DNA of 64,000 nucleotides from a virus (Duplodnaviria; Heunggongvirae; Uroviricota; Caudoviricetes): IMG/VR virus record IMGVR_UViG_3300005573_001627; one strand, 5' to 3'. Shown piece by piece: positions 38,080 to 46,409 of this stretch (position 1 is its first letter; each line of letters starts with the position of its first letter). The notes under the pieces were generated by a model. It saw only the letters and a program-made list of their open reading frames with translations, ran no database searches and was not told where the DNA came from. The position numbers and the translations under genes were made by a program.

Positions 38080-40263
38080 ATGGTCGGCTTTAAGGATTTG
38101 CGATTCTGCAAGATTCGGAAAGCCACTAAAAAACCATTCGAAGAAGATTGGCCAAACAGGCCGTATACCTGGGATGAGATGCAGGAGCATATTCAAAAAG
38201 AAAGTAATTATGGAGTACTTTGTGGATATGAAGGCCTGATTGTTATTGATGCAGATTCTCAAGAGGTTAGAGATGCAGTTGATAAAGAATTGCCACCTAC
38301 CTTTAAAGTTGAAACAGGTTCTAAAGGATTTCATTATTATTATATTTGCAAGGAAGTGAAGAAAAAAGTTGTATTGCAGACCGCTGAAAAACATTATGGA
38401 GAGATACAATCGCATGGGGCGCAGGTTGTCGGGCCGGGCTCGATTCATCCAAATGGAAATATTTATCAAATAGTGAACAATGTTGATATTGCAGAGATTT
38501 CTAAAGAACAACTTACAACGGTGCTTAAACCGTTTATGAAAGAAGTAGCAGAACAGGAAGACAGAGCGATTGATGAATTAAAAGACTTGAAAAGAAAGTA
38601 TGCGGAGAATACTGATATTAATTCTATTTCAATAACTGATGTGATTTCAATAGGAAATATGAAGAAAGCAAATAATGGGGAATATTATGGAGCAAATCCT
38701 TGGCATGGTTCGACTACTGGAATGAATTTCTGGGTGAACCCTTTTAAGAATGTGGCAAAATGCTGGAGATGTGATTGTGGGCTGAATGTTGCGAAAGTTA
38801 TCGCGCTCGAGGAAGGAATCGTTAGAGGATGCAACAGCAAATTAAACAAAGAGGATTTTATGAAAGTCTTGGCGATTGCGCAGCAAAAGTATGGGCTTGA
38901 AAAACCTGAAGACCCGTTCATCGCAATTAGTCAGGCAAAAGGAAAGAAAGTCAGGAGAATTATTGATGCTTATATGAATATGGAAGATTTGGCGGAGCAG
39001 ATTTTTGATGTGCAGCCGTATTTCTTTGATGCAGTTAAGAATTGGTGGCTTTGGAATAATATTGATAAATGCTGGATGAGGCGGGATGAAACTGATATCT
39101 TGAATATGGTGAGCAAATTTTCTACAGCAAATACTGTGAAATCAAAAGATAAAAATGAGATATTAGAGGCAATGAAGCAAGAAGGGAGGCTTCGAATTCC
39201 GCAGCCAGTGAAACCTACGTGGATTCAATTCAAGGATTTAATTGTTGATGTTGCAGATGGAAGCGAGATTAAAGCATCACCGGATTATTTTGTTACAAAT
39301 CCAATTCCCTGGCCAATGAATGAAAAAAAGGAAGGATGTGAAGATACTCCGATAATGGACCGTATTTTTAAAGAATGGGTGGGAGAAGAAAACGTTTTAC
39401 TGCTGCATCAGATTTTGGCGTTCTGCTTGTTGCCGGATTATCCAATCAATAGATTGTTTTGTTTTATCGGAGCCGGGATGAACGGAAAAACGAAATTCCT
39501 TGAGTTGATGGGAAAGTTTATCGGAAAAAATAATGTGACATCAACTGAACTTGATATTCTGCTTGATTCAAGGTTTGAGATTTCAAGGTTGCATAAGAAA
39601 CTTGTTTGCATAATGGGAGAAACAAACTTTGCTGAGATGTCTAAGACTTCAGTCCTCAAGAAGTTGACTGGAGGGGATTTGATTGGGTTTGAGTATAAAG
39701 GCAAAGACCCATTCGATGATAAGAATTATGCAAAAATATTAATTTCTACCAATAACTTGCCAACGACAACCGATAAGACGGTCGGGTTTTATAGAAGGTG
39801 GCTGATTGTGGATTTCCCTAATCAGTTTACAGAAAAAAAGGATATCTTGAAAGATATTCCGGAAGAAGAATATAAGGCGTTAGCGAATAAGTCAGTGAAG
39901 ATACTTAAGGCGCTCCTCGTGGACAGAAAATTTCATAATGAAGGGACGGTCGAAGAACGTCAGAAGAAGTTCGAAGACCGTTCCAATCCATTCGACAAGT
40001 TCTGGAAAGAATTTGTCGAAGAAGATGGGTCTAGATTTATTTGGAAGCATGAATTCGAGAGGAGATTCAATGACTGGTGCAGAGATAATAGGTTTAGAGA
40101 GTTCAGCGAGACGACGATTGGCTTAAAAATGAAAGAGAGGGGAATAGAGACTGTCCGACGGGAAGCGGATTGGTTTACTGATGGTATCAAAAAGAGTCTG
40201 AGGGCTTGGGCGGGAATTACGTGGAAAGATAAAGAAAATGAAAATTATATTAATAAAAGATAA
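38080..40263 (+). CDS. replication protein: N-terminal primase-polymerase (PrimPol/AEP) fused to D5-like SF3 helicase NTPase
   Basis: IVIDADSQ..ETGSKGFHYYY Prim-Pol motifs; GAGMNGKTKF Walker A, LVCIMGETN Walker B, ISTNNLP motif C, FYRRW; start at MVGFKD after GGGAGG. Confidence 0.85.
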   Translation: MVGFKDLRFCKIRKATKKPFEEDWPNRPYTWDEMQEHIQKESNYGVLCGYEGLIVIDADSQEVRDAVDKELPPTFKVETGSKGFHYYYICKEVKKKVVLQTAEKHYGEIQSHGAQVVGPGSIHPNGNIYQIVNNVDIAEISKEQLTTVLKPFMKEVAEQEDRAIDELKDLKRKYAENTDINSISITDVISIGNMKKANNGEYYGANPWHGSTTGMNFWVNPFKNVAKCWRCDCGLNVAKVIALEEGIVRGCNSKLNKEDFMKVLAIAQQKYGLEKPEDPFIAISQAKGKKVRRIIDAYMNMEDLAEQIFDVQPYFFDAVKNWWLWNNIDKCWMRRDETDILNMVSKFSTANTVKSKDKNEILEAMKQEGRLRIPQPVKPTWIQFKDLIVDVADGSEIKASPDYFVTNPIPWPMNEKKEGCEDTPIMDRIFKEWVGEENVLLLHQILAFCLLPDYPINRLFCFIGAGMNGKTKFLELMGKFIGKNNVTSTELDILLDSRFEISRLHKKLVCIMGETNFAEMSKTSVLKKLTGGDLIGFEYKGKDPFDDKNYAKILISTNNLPTTTDKTVGFYRRWLIVDFPNQFTEKKDILKDIPEEEYKALANKSVKILKALLVDRKFHNEGTVEERQKKFEDRSNPFDKFWKEFVEEDGSRFIWKHEFERRFNDWCRDNRFREFSETTIGLKMKERGIETVRREADWFTDGIKKSLRAWAGITWKDKENENYINKR

Positions 40264-40265
40264 AG

Positions 40266-40292
40266 TTGCCGGCGCACCCGGCGAAGCCGGGA
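40266..40292 (+). terminator. GC hairpin CCCGGC-gaa-GCCGGG just after stop
   Basis: perfect 6-bp stem, locally GC-rich. Confidence 0.4.
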
Positions 40293-40383
40293 GCAAATCT
40301 GAATAAATAAGAGAGGCGAAGACTCTGTTATTTATTCTATAGATTATTCTACTTTCAGAATAATTTTGTGACTTTAGACAAAT

Positions 40384-40398
40384 CGAAACATTTAAATA
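40384..40398 (+). promoter_or_regulatory. archaeal BRE/TATA promoter CGAAACATTTAAATA
   Basis: identical to 15341 site. Confidence 0.6.
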
Positions 40399-40436
40399 TT
40401 AGGTTTATATTCTATTTTTCAAGGAGTACTAGATAA

Positions 40437-40453
40437 TTAATTAGATAAATAAA
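40437..40453 (+). promoter_or_regulatory. conserved 17-nt leader TTAATTAGATAAATAAA
   Basis: identical to 24844 and 58770. Confidence 0.55.
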
Positions 40454-41257
40454 ATGAGTCGAGCGTCACCATTTATTGGGGTAGCAACAGTTGTTGCAGC
40501 AATAATAGTCTTTATAATTCTAATCGCAGGATTTGATTATGTTCCTGCTGGGAATGTTGGAGTCAAAGATACTATTGGAGTTGTAGACCCTGTCCCTTGG
40601 GGGCCAGGATTTCAATGGACTGGAATTATGACAAGTTCTAAAACATTCTCTACAAGGATACAATTACGAGAATATGATGCGAGCGCCGCATCAAAAGATT
40701 TACAGATGGTAAATACCAAAATCGCGCTTAATTTTAAAGTTGACCCAGCAAAAACCCCGGAAATTTACAAAACATTGGGAACTGATTATCAAGATATTAT
40801 TATTTCTCCCGTTATTCAAGAGTCGGTAAAATCTTCTACTGCTAAATATACTGCTGAAAATCTAGTCAAAGAAAGGCCAGCAGTTAAATCTGACATTACC
40901 GCATACATTATAGATAAATTACAAGACAAAGGAATTATAGTCACAGAAGTTTCTATTACTGATTTTAAATTTAGTCCTGAATACGACAAAGCAATTGAAG
41001 CAAAGCAAGTTGCAGAACAGGATGCATTAACCGCAGAAAATAGATTTAAAGAAATGGAATGGAACGCAAAATCTATGCAGTTACAGAAAGAAGTACTTGA
41101 AATTAAGAAATTAGATTTGCAGCAACAATGGATAAATAAGTGGGATGGCAAATTACCTATCATTGTAACAGGAGATAGTTCCAACGGAATGTTCTTGCAG
41201 ATGGACTTGCAGCAACTCCAGTCTTCCCAAACAACAACCACAACCACGGAGAAATAA
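40454..41257 (+). CDS. SPFH/band-7 (prohibitin-like) membrane protein
   Basis: N-terminal TM, PHB-type core, coiled coil, poly-T tail (QTTTTTTEK). Confidence 0.75.
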   Translation: MSRASPFIGVATVVAAIIVFIILIAGFDYVPAGNVGVKDTIGVVDPVPWGPGFQWTGIMTSSKTFSTRIQLREYDASAASKDLQMVNTKIALNFKVDPAKTPEIYKTLGTDYQDIIISPVIQESVKSSTAKYTAENLVKERPAVKSDITAYIIDKLQDKGIIVTEVSITDFKFSPEYDKAIEAKQVAEQDALTAENRFKEMEWNAKSMQLQKEVLEIKKLDLQQQWINKWDGKLPIIVTGDSSNGMFLQMDLQQLQSSQTTTTTTEK

Positions 41258-41258
41258 A

Positions 41259-41417
41259 ATGGTTTGGTGGAGATACCTTGCATTATTAGCCTGTTTGGCT
41301 ATTATCATTGGATTTGCAATCAAATATCTTTGGCTCTTGATTAAGTATTTAATCAAGAAAGATGAGAAAGTTTATAACAAACTCGAGAAAAAACTTGAGA
41401 AAAAAATAAAAAAATAA
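41259..41417 (+). CDS. 52-aa membrane peptide (not in ORF track)
   Basis: MVWWRYLALLACLAIIIGFAIKY..; starts 2 nt after previous stop. Confidence 0.3.
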   Translation: MVWWRYLALLACLAIIIGFAIKYLWLLIKYLIKKDEKVYNKLEKKLEKKIKK

Positions 41418-41441
41418 GAGCGATAGAAAAAATGGGTAATA

Positions 41442-42242
41442 ATGGAATTAATAAAAAATAGGTTTTACTGTTTAGATTGTATTAAAGGATTAAAAAAAAT
41501 TGGAGATGAACAGGTTGACATGATTCTGTCCTCTCCACCTTATGATGATATTCGTAATTATGGCAATAAGAATAATCAGATTAATTTTAAAAGTTTAGGG
41601 CAAGAAATCTCGCGAGTTCTAAAATTTGGCGGAATCTGTATTATGGTTATGAATGATAGAACTAATTATTGTAAAAGTTTAACAAGTTTTAGGATGGTTG
41701 TTGATTGGCATGACAATACAGATTTAAAACTTTGGGAAGACGCTATTTATGCCAGAGATGGAAATCCCGGGGCTTATTGGAATAAAAGATTTAGAGTAGA
41801 CCACGAACACATCTTTATTTTTTTAAAAATGAAAAATAATAAAACAATTCCTCAATATTTCAATAAACAACACCTCTTGATTCCAACAAAGTGTGGGGGG
41901 GTTAAATGGGGGGGATACAGAAGACTATCTAATGGAAAAATAGCAGAACGAAAAAATATAATTGTAAAAGATAAAAAATGTTGCGGAACTATTTTTAGAT
42001 ATAATGCATCTAACAAAGAACATAATAAATTAAAAAATCAACATCCTGCTACTTTCCCAGATAAATTAGCAGAGGATATGATAATCGCTTTTACAAAAGA
42101 AGGTATGCTAGTCGTCGATATGTTTATGGGGTCAGGAACAACGGGAGTAATGGCTAATAAAAATAAAAGAGATTTTATTGGTTTTGATATCAATAAACAA
42201 TATGTTGCACTTGCAAGGAAGAGATTAAATGGAACCAATTGA
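41442..42242 (+). CDS. beta-class amino-DNA methyltransferase, probably N4-cytosine
   Basis: motif IV SPPY (DMILSSPPYDD) precedes motif I (VVDMFMGSGTTGV). Confidence 0.8.
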   Translation: MELIKNRFYCLDCIKGLKKIGDEQVDMILSSPPYDDIRNYGNKNNQINFKSLGQEISRVLKFGGICIMVMNDRTNYCKSLTSFRMVVDWHDNTDLKLWEDAIYARDGNPGAYWNKRFRVDHEHIFIFLKMKNNKTIPQYFNKQHLLIPTKCGGVKWGGYRRLSNGKIAERKNIIVKDKKCCGTIFRYNASNKEHNKLKNQHPATFPDKLAEDMIIAFTKEGMLVVDMFMGSGTTGVMANKNKRDFIGFDINKQYVALARKRLNGTN

Positions 42243-43053
42243 ATTATTGAAAGAACTTGCAGAGAAGATGATTGAATTAAAACAAAGAAGATGGGATTAT
42301 AAAAAATGTATCCTTGGAATGAAAAAAAATGGCGGGATTTGGAAAGAAAATGAATGGCCTGGGCGATATTTTGAATATTCTTTTAAAAAAAATGCACCAT
42401 ATTTAGGAATTTCTGTTTGTCCGGTTCAGATTGAAAATGTAATTTTTGACGGAAATAATGATAATTGTGTTCTTGATTTAAAAGTGAAAGGAACAAATAT
42501 AGAAAATAACCATAATGGAATACCGCCTCCATTAATCTCAAGTATTTTTTTAAATGACAAAAAAGCAATGAAGAAAGCAATTAAAAAATATAAATCAATT
42601 GTTTATATTATTCTTCTTGGGTATTTTAAATCTGAAGATAAAAAATTGTTAGAATGCCATAATTGGCAAGAAAAACTAATTATAAAAGAAGAAGGAGAAC
42701 TCTCACAATATAGACAAGAAAACAAAAAAGATTTTGAAGATGGAAAAAAGAAACCACGCTTATTAAAAAGAGAATTTTATCCACGCGGTTTGTTGTATTT
42801 AGAAATAAAAAATACAAAAGATTTAGCAGATTTTAATCAACCACATAATTCAAATCATAGGTCCTCAAAGAATGAAGGAAAAAGAAATCCAAAATTTCAA
42901 GTTAAAAAAGAAGCAATAAAAAAATATGTTAAAGCGGAACTTAGTTTGGAATCTTATCAAACTGAAAAAATAAAAATAAAAAAAATTAAGGAACCAAAAA
43001 TAATAAAGCCAGAAACAGAAATACAACAACAATTGGAGAGTGTACTTAATTGA
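42229..43053 (+). CDS. hypothetical protein, candidate cognate restriction endonuclease
   Basis: overlaps MTase stop; possible PD..(D/E)xK-like segment FDGNNDNCVLDLKVKG (weak). Confidence 0.35.
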   Translation: MEPIELLKELAEKMIELKQRRWDYKKCILGMKKNGGIWKENEWPGRYFEYSFKKNAPYLGISVCPVQIENVIFDGNNDNCVLDLKVKGTNIENNHNGIPPPLISSIFLNDKKAMKKAIKKYKSIVYIILLGYFKSEDKKLLECHNWQEKLIIKEEGELSQYRQENKKDFEDGKKKPRLLKREFYPRGLLYLEIKNTKDLADFNQPHNSNHRSSKNEGKRNPKFQVKKEAIKKYVKAELSLESYQTEKIKIKKIKEPKIIKPETEIQQQLESVLN

Positions 43054-43116
43054 AGTAATCACATGACTTTATATACTTTAGATTTGTTATTTTATATAAA
43101 AAATGAAAGGAGGATA

Positions 43117-43590
43117 ATGAAAGAGGAAATGAAAAAGGTATTAATGCTTTTTAGTCTGATTCTTTTAATGACAAGTTTTGCTAGCGCAACAATTTGTAAC
43201 ATGCAAACAATAGTCACTTATGGAAAAGTTTATGAAACCGGAACAACTATACCTGTTTCAGATGCAACAGTTATTGCTACTTGCACACATCGCGGTGTTA
43301 ATACAACTCATAATGGGATAAGCAGTTCTGATGGCAGATATACAATCTATTTTGATAAGAGAGAATGTGACTATGGTGATAAAGTTATGGTCCATTCATT
43401 AAAGTTCGGAACAAGCGGACAGGAAACCATGGGGTCCATTGAGTACATTTATCCATATGGATGTTCAACCAAAATTAACAGTGATAATCCTAACATACAA
43501 ATTCCAATTATACCAGAGTTCGGTGCAGGAATAGCCCTAATAACGATTTGTGGGGCCGTAGCCGTGTTTTTTGTAATAAGAAGGAGATAA
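43117..43590 (+). CDS. secreted PEF-CTERM sorting-signal protein (CarboxypepD_reg-like fold likely)
   Basis: signal peptide; ..IPIIPEFGAGIALITICGAVAVFFVIRRR C-terminus. Confidence 0.65.
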   Translation: MKEEMKKVLMLFSLILLMTSFASATICNMQTIVTYGKVYETGTTIPVSDATVIATCTHRGVNTTHNGISSSDGRYTIYFDKRECDYGDKVMVHSLKFGTSGQETMGSIEYIYPYGCSTKINSDNPNIQIPIIPEFGAGIALITICGAVAVFFVIRRR

Positions 43591-43592
43591 GG

Positions 43593-43808
43593 ATGAAAAA
43601 ATTTACAAAGGTGTTTATAATCGCAATCATAGTTTTACTAATTCTAATTATCATAACTCTGGCATATAGAGTTTATGAAGATACCTGGATTTGTACTTCT
43701 TCGGGATGGATGAAGCATGGGAATCCCTCTGCGCCTATGCCTACTGAAGGATGTGAAACAGTAAAGTCCAATTCTTCAAATGAAAGTATAAAGGCAATTG
43801 AAACATAA
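43593..43808 (+). CDS. small membrane-anchored protein
   Basis: start at MKKFTKVF. Confidence 0.4.
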   Translation: MKKFTKVFIIAIIVLLILIIITLAYRVYEDTWICTSSGWMKHGNPSAPMPTEGCETVKSNSSNESIKAIET

Positions 43809-43811
43809 AAG

Positions 43812-44231
43812 ATGGGAAAAATAATTAATCATCAAAGAAATAGATTTAAAGGGTATCCTTATGATTCAGAACAAATAAAAAAAGAACTTTATAATTCTGA
43901 TAAATTTAATTGTGATATTCGGTCTTTAACTTTGGACCATATATTCCTTTATTGTATTTCTGAAAATAGTTGGAAATATAATTTACAATTATTAAAACCA
44001 AAACAAAAAAGGTTAAAATGGACAATAGAAAGGAAAATATTAATACAATTAAAAAAAGAAGGGTTTACTGATTCAGTTACACATTATTCTTTAGAATTAT
44101 TAAAAAACAAAGAAGAAGTTATACAAAGATTTGTAGAACTTTGGAAAGAAGAAACAAAACAATATTTTGATATTGATTTTAAAACATGTATTGATGTTGC
44201 AGAAAAAATATTGGCTTTTTCAAAAACGTAA
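43812..44231 (+). CDS. hypothetical protein
   Basis: 139 aa. Confidence 0.45.
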   Translation: MGKIINHQRNRFKGYPYDSEQIKKELYNSDKFNCDIRSLTLDHIFLYCISENSWKYNLQLLKPKQKRLKWTIERKILIQLKKEGFTDSVTHYSLELLKNKEEVIQRFVELWKEETKQYFDIDFKTCIDVAEKILAFSKT

Positions 44232-44783
44232 TATATATTTTGCAATATATATACTCTGCCATACTTCCAGACTTTCCAGGGGGGGGCTGTCTAGCCCCTA
44301 CGCGTTTCTATGGGGGTTACCCCTGGTGGAAAGTATGGAAGGCATGGATACAGAGCCTATAAGTGCCAATTTTGGGTACTTGAAATTCCAGGGTTTTTGA
44401 CTTTTTTTAGCAAAAGCGAAAGACTTTTTTTGAATTTGGGGGTTTTAGGCTCTAATCCACCCAAAAGTTCCCTTTGAGGGGTCTTTTTGTATAAAGTCAC
44501 GCAAAAACTTTCGCTTTTGTCATTTTTTCGTATAAAGTCACGTTTTTTTGAAAAGTATAAAGTTTTTCAAAAAACTCTCACTTTTCCGCAAAAAAATTGT
44601 TCCGATTTTTGGAACAATTTTCCTCATAGAACTTTTATTTTTTTCCATCTAGTCACAATTACTTTTTGTAGGAGCCTTTATACAGACAAACCTTGGAAAG
44701 GTTGGAAGAATTAGTTGACTATTTTTGAGTCTATATATAAAGTCACAACAATCTTTATAAAGTTACACATTTTGTATAAAGTC
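44232..44783 (+). repeat. noncoding island: G/C hairpin cluster (44255-44345) plus >=6 TATAAAGTCAC iterons
   Basis: motif at 44490, 44531, 44557(var), 44735, 44759(var), 44776 and again 45299; C-rich composition unlike surroundings. Confidence 0.55.
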
Positions 44784-45221
44784 ATGGTAAATAAATTTAT
44801 TTATACAATAGTTAGTTTATTACTTTTGACGACCTTGATTTCTGCAGCAAGCGCAAAAACAATTGTTGCTGGTAAAATCTATGACGGAGCAAATTTCGAG
44901 ACTTCAGGAATTGTGGCCAATGCAGAAGTTGATGTGACCTGCAACGGTAATCTTTTGGAAACAACCTCCTTAGAAGATGGAACTTATTCTGTTGCATTTG
45001 AGACAAGTAATTGTCCTGATGCCAGTGAAGTTACTGTTGTTGCTTCAAAAGATGGAGATACAAATAGCGGAACTGGAATAGTTCATGACTATACCGCAGT
45101 TATCCCTGAAATTTATCTCGGTGTTGTTAATGTGCCTTTACTGCCAGAATTTGGTCTTGGTGTAGGTATCTTTACAATGGTAAGCGCAATTGCCGTATTC
45201 TTCATTGTAAGAAGAAAATAA
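44784..45221 (+). CDS. secreted PEF-CTERM sorting-signal protein (paralog of 43117..43590)
   Basis: signal peptide; ..VPLLPEFGLGVGIFTMVSAIAVFFIVRRK. Confidence 0.65.
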   Translation: MVNKFIYTIVSLLLLTTLISAASAKTIVAGKIYDGANFETSGIVANAEVDVTCNGNLLETTSLEDGTYSVAFETSNCPDASEVTVVASKDGDTNSGTGIVHDYTAVIPEIYLGVVNVPLLPEFGLGVGIFTMVSAIAVFFIVRRK

Positions 45222-45235
45222 AAAGTGGTAAACAA

Positions 45236-45282
45236 AAATTAATTTTTCTTTCTTTTTTTCTTTTTTTTCTCGCTTGCAATAA
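45236..45282 (+). terminator. oligo-T archaeal terminator
   Basis: TTTTTCTTTCTTTTTTTCTTTTTTTTCTCGCTTGC. Confidence 0.5.
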
Positions 45283-45326
45283 AATAAAAAGTAAAATATA
45301 TAAAGTCACATTTCTTTGGGATTAAA

Positions 45327-45602
45327 ATGAAAGCCGCAACAAGATTTTTTGGCACAATGAACATTATGGGCCAATTAAAAAAGTTAGATTTGGAAAAATA
45401 TCCTTATCAAACTATTACTTCTAAAGATAATATTCTAAAAGTAACATTAAAAGAAAAAGGATTTTTTAAAAAAAAGATTATCTTTGATTTTACCAAAGAT
45501 GGTGAAATAGAAAGATTCAAAAAATTTTTAGATGAACACGGCGACCCTGATGCCGATACCTCTATAGATTATTCAAAAGTAAAATTTAATATAACGGATT
45601 AA
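45327..45602 (+). CDS. hypothetical protein
   Basis: TATAAAGTCAC box 28 nt upstream. Confidence 0.45.
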   Translation: MKAATRFFGTMNIMGQLKKLDLEKYPYQTITSKDNILKVTLKEKGFFKKKIIFDFTKDGEIERFKKFLDEHGDPDADTSIDYSKVKFNITD

Positions 45603-45603
45603 A

Positions 45604-45771
45604 ATGTTCAGACGCGAAAAAGAAAAACATCCAAACTACACAGTCCGTTATCTTGGCAAAGGCCTTGCATCTATTAGCGTCTGTGGATTAGGCGCATATT
45701 GTATGTATTTAACAAACGGAGAAACAGGAGTTGGTTGGGCAATCCTGGGATTGCTAATTATTTGGGCTTAA
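45604..45771 (+). CDS. 55-aa membrane peptide (not in ORF track)
   Basis: MFRREKEKHP..GVGWAILGLLIIWA. Confidence 0.3.
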   Translation: MFRREKEKHPNYTVRYLGKGLASISVCGLGAYCMYLTNGETGVGWAILGLLIIWA

Positions 45772-45772
45772 G

Positions 45773-45877
45773 ATGGATTGGCTATTATTTATCCTTGGGA
45801 GTGCAGCATTAAGCGAATTTATGATATTATTGGCCTTATCAATAGGCCTTTTTATGGAATGGTGGGATAATTTATAA
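45773..45877 (+). CDS. 34-aa membrane peptide (not in ORF track)
   Basis: MDWLLFILGSAALSEFMILLALSIGLFMEWWDNL. Confidence 0.25.
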   Translation: MDWLLFILGSAALSEFMILLALSIGLFMEWWDNL

Positions 45878-45878
45878 A

Positions 45879-46241
45879 ATGGAAAATGGAAAACTAACTG
45901 AAAAAGAAGCAGAATTGATAGCAGACTTTTTCCACATTGATAATCCTCCTGATTGGGACGGCTACCTTGGGTATTACGAACTTCCAGAAGAAGTTATGGT
46001 AATATATAGAAAAAAATATTCAAAAGAACGAGAATGGGATGATGAAGAACTTTGGCCCAAACCAGAAGAATACCGAAAACAAAAACATCGTCAAATAGAT
46101 TATGTTGCATTAGGAATAATGATTCTTGGAATAATTTTACCTTTAATCAATCGCTGGTTTGGCCTTTTATTAATTTTTGGAATGGGTATTATGCTTCTCA
46201 ATGAAATCTTTAATCCCTATCCACATGAAAATAAAATTTAA
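45879..46241 (+). CDS. protein with C-terminal 2-TM anchor
   Basis: 120 aa. Confidence 0.45.
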   Translation: MENGKLTEKEAELIADFFHIDNPPDWDGYLGYYELPEEVMVIYRKKYSKEREWDDEELWPKPEEYRKQKHRQIDYVALGIMILGIILPLINRWFGLLLIFGMGIMLLNEIFNPYPHENKI

Positions 46242-46263
46242 TTATCTCAAAGCGGTGTGCAGA

Positions 46264-46407
46264 ATGCTCACAATAATCTTTGGAGCATTTTTTGTTTGGG
46301 TTGTGGCTTCTGATGATTCTAATTTATTAATCACTTCTATTACTTTTATTTTATTTGTTTTATCAGTTTTATTGGATACTTCAAGTAAAAAAACAATATC
46401 TTTATAA
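46264..46407 (+). CDS. small membrane peptide
   Basis: start at MLTIIFGAFF. Confidence 0.3.
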   Translation: MLTIIFGAFFVWVVASDDSNLLITSITFILFVLSVLLDTSSKKTISL

Positions 46408-46409
46408 AG

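Noticed and set aside
44167-44714. ORFs 44167..44400 and 44487..44714 in the iteron/hairpin island
   Set aside because: Composition is atypical (C/T-rich), with no SD or coupling, and they are full of repeats. The region is more plausibly noncoding.
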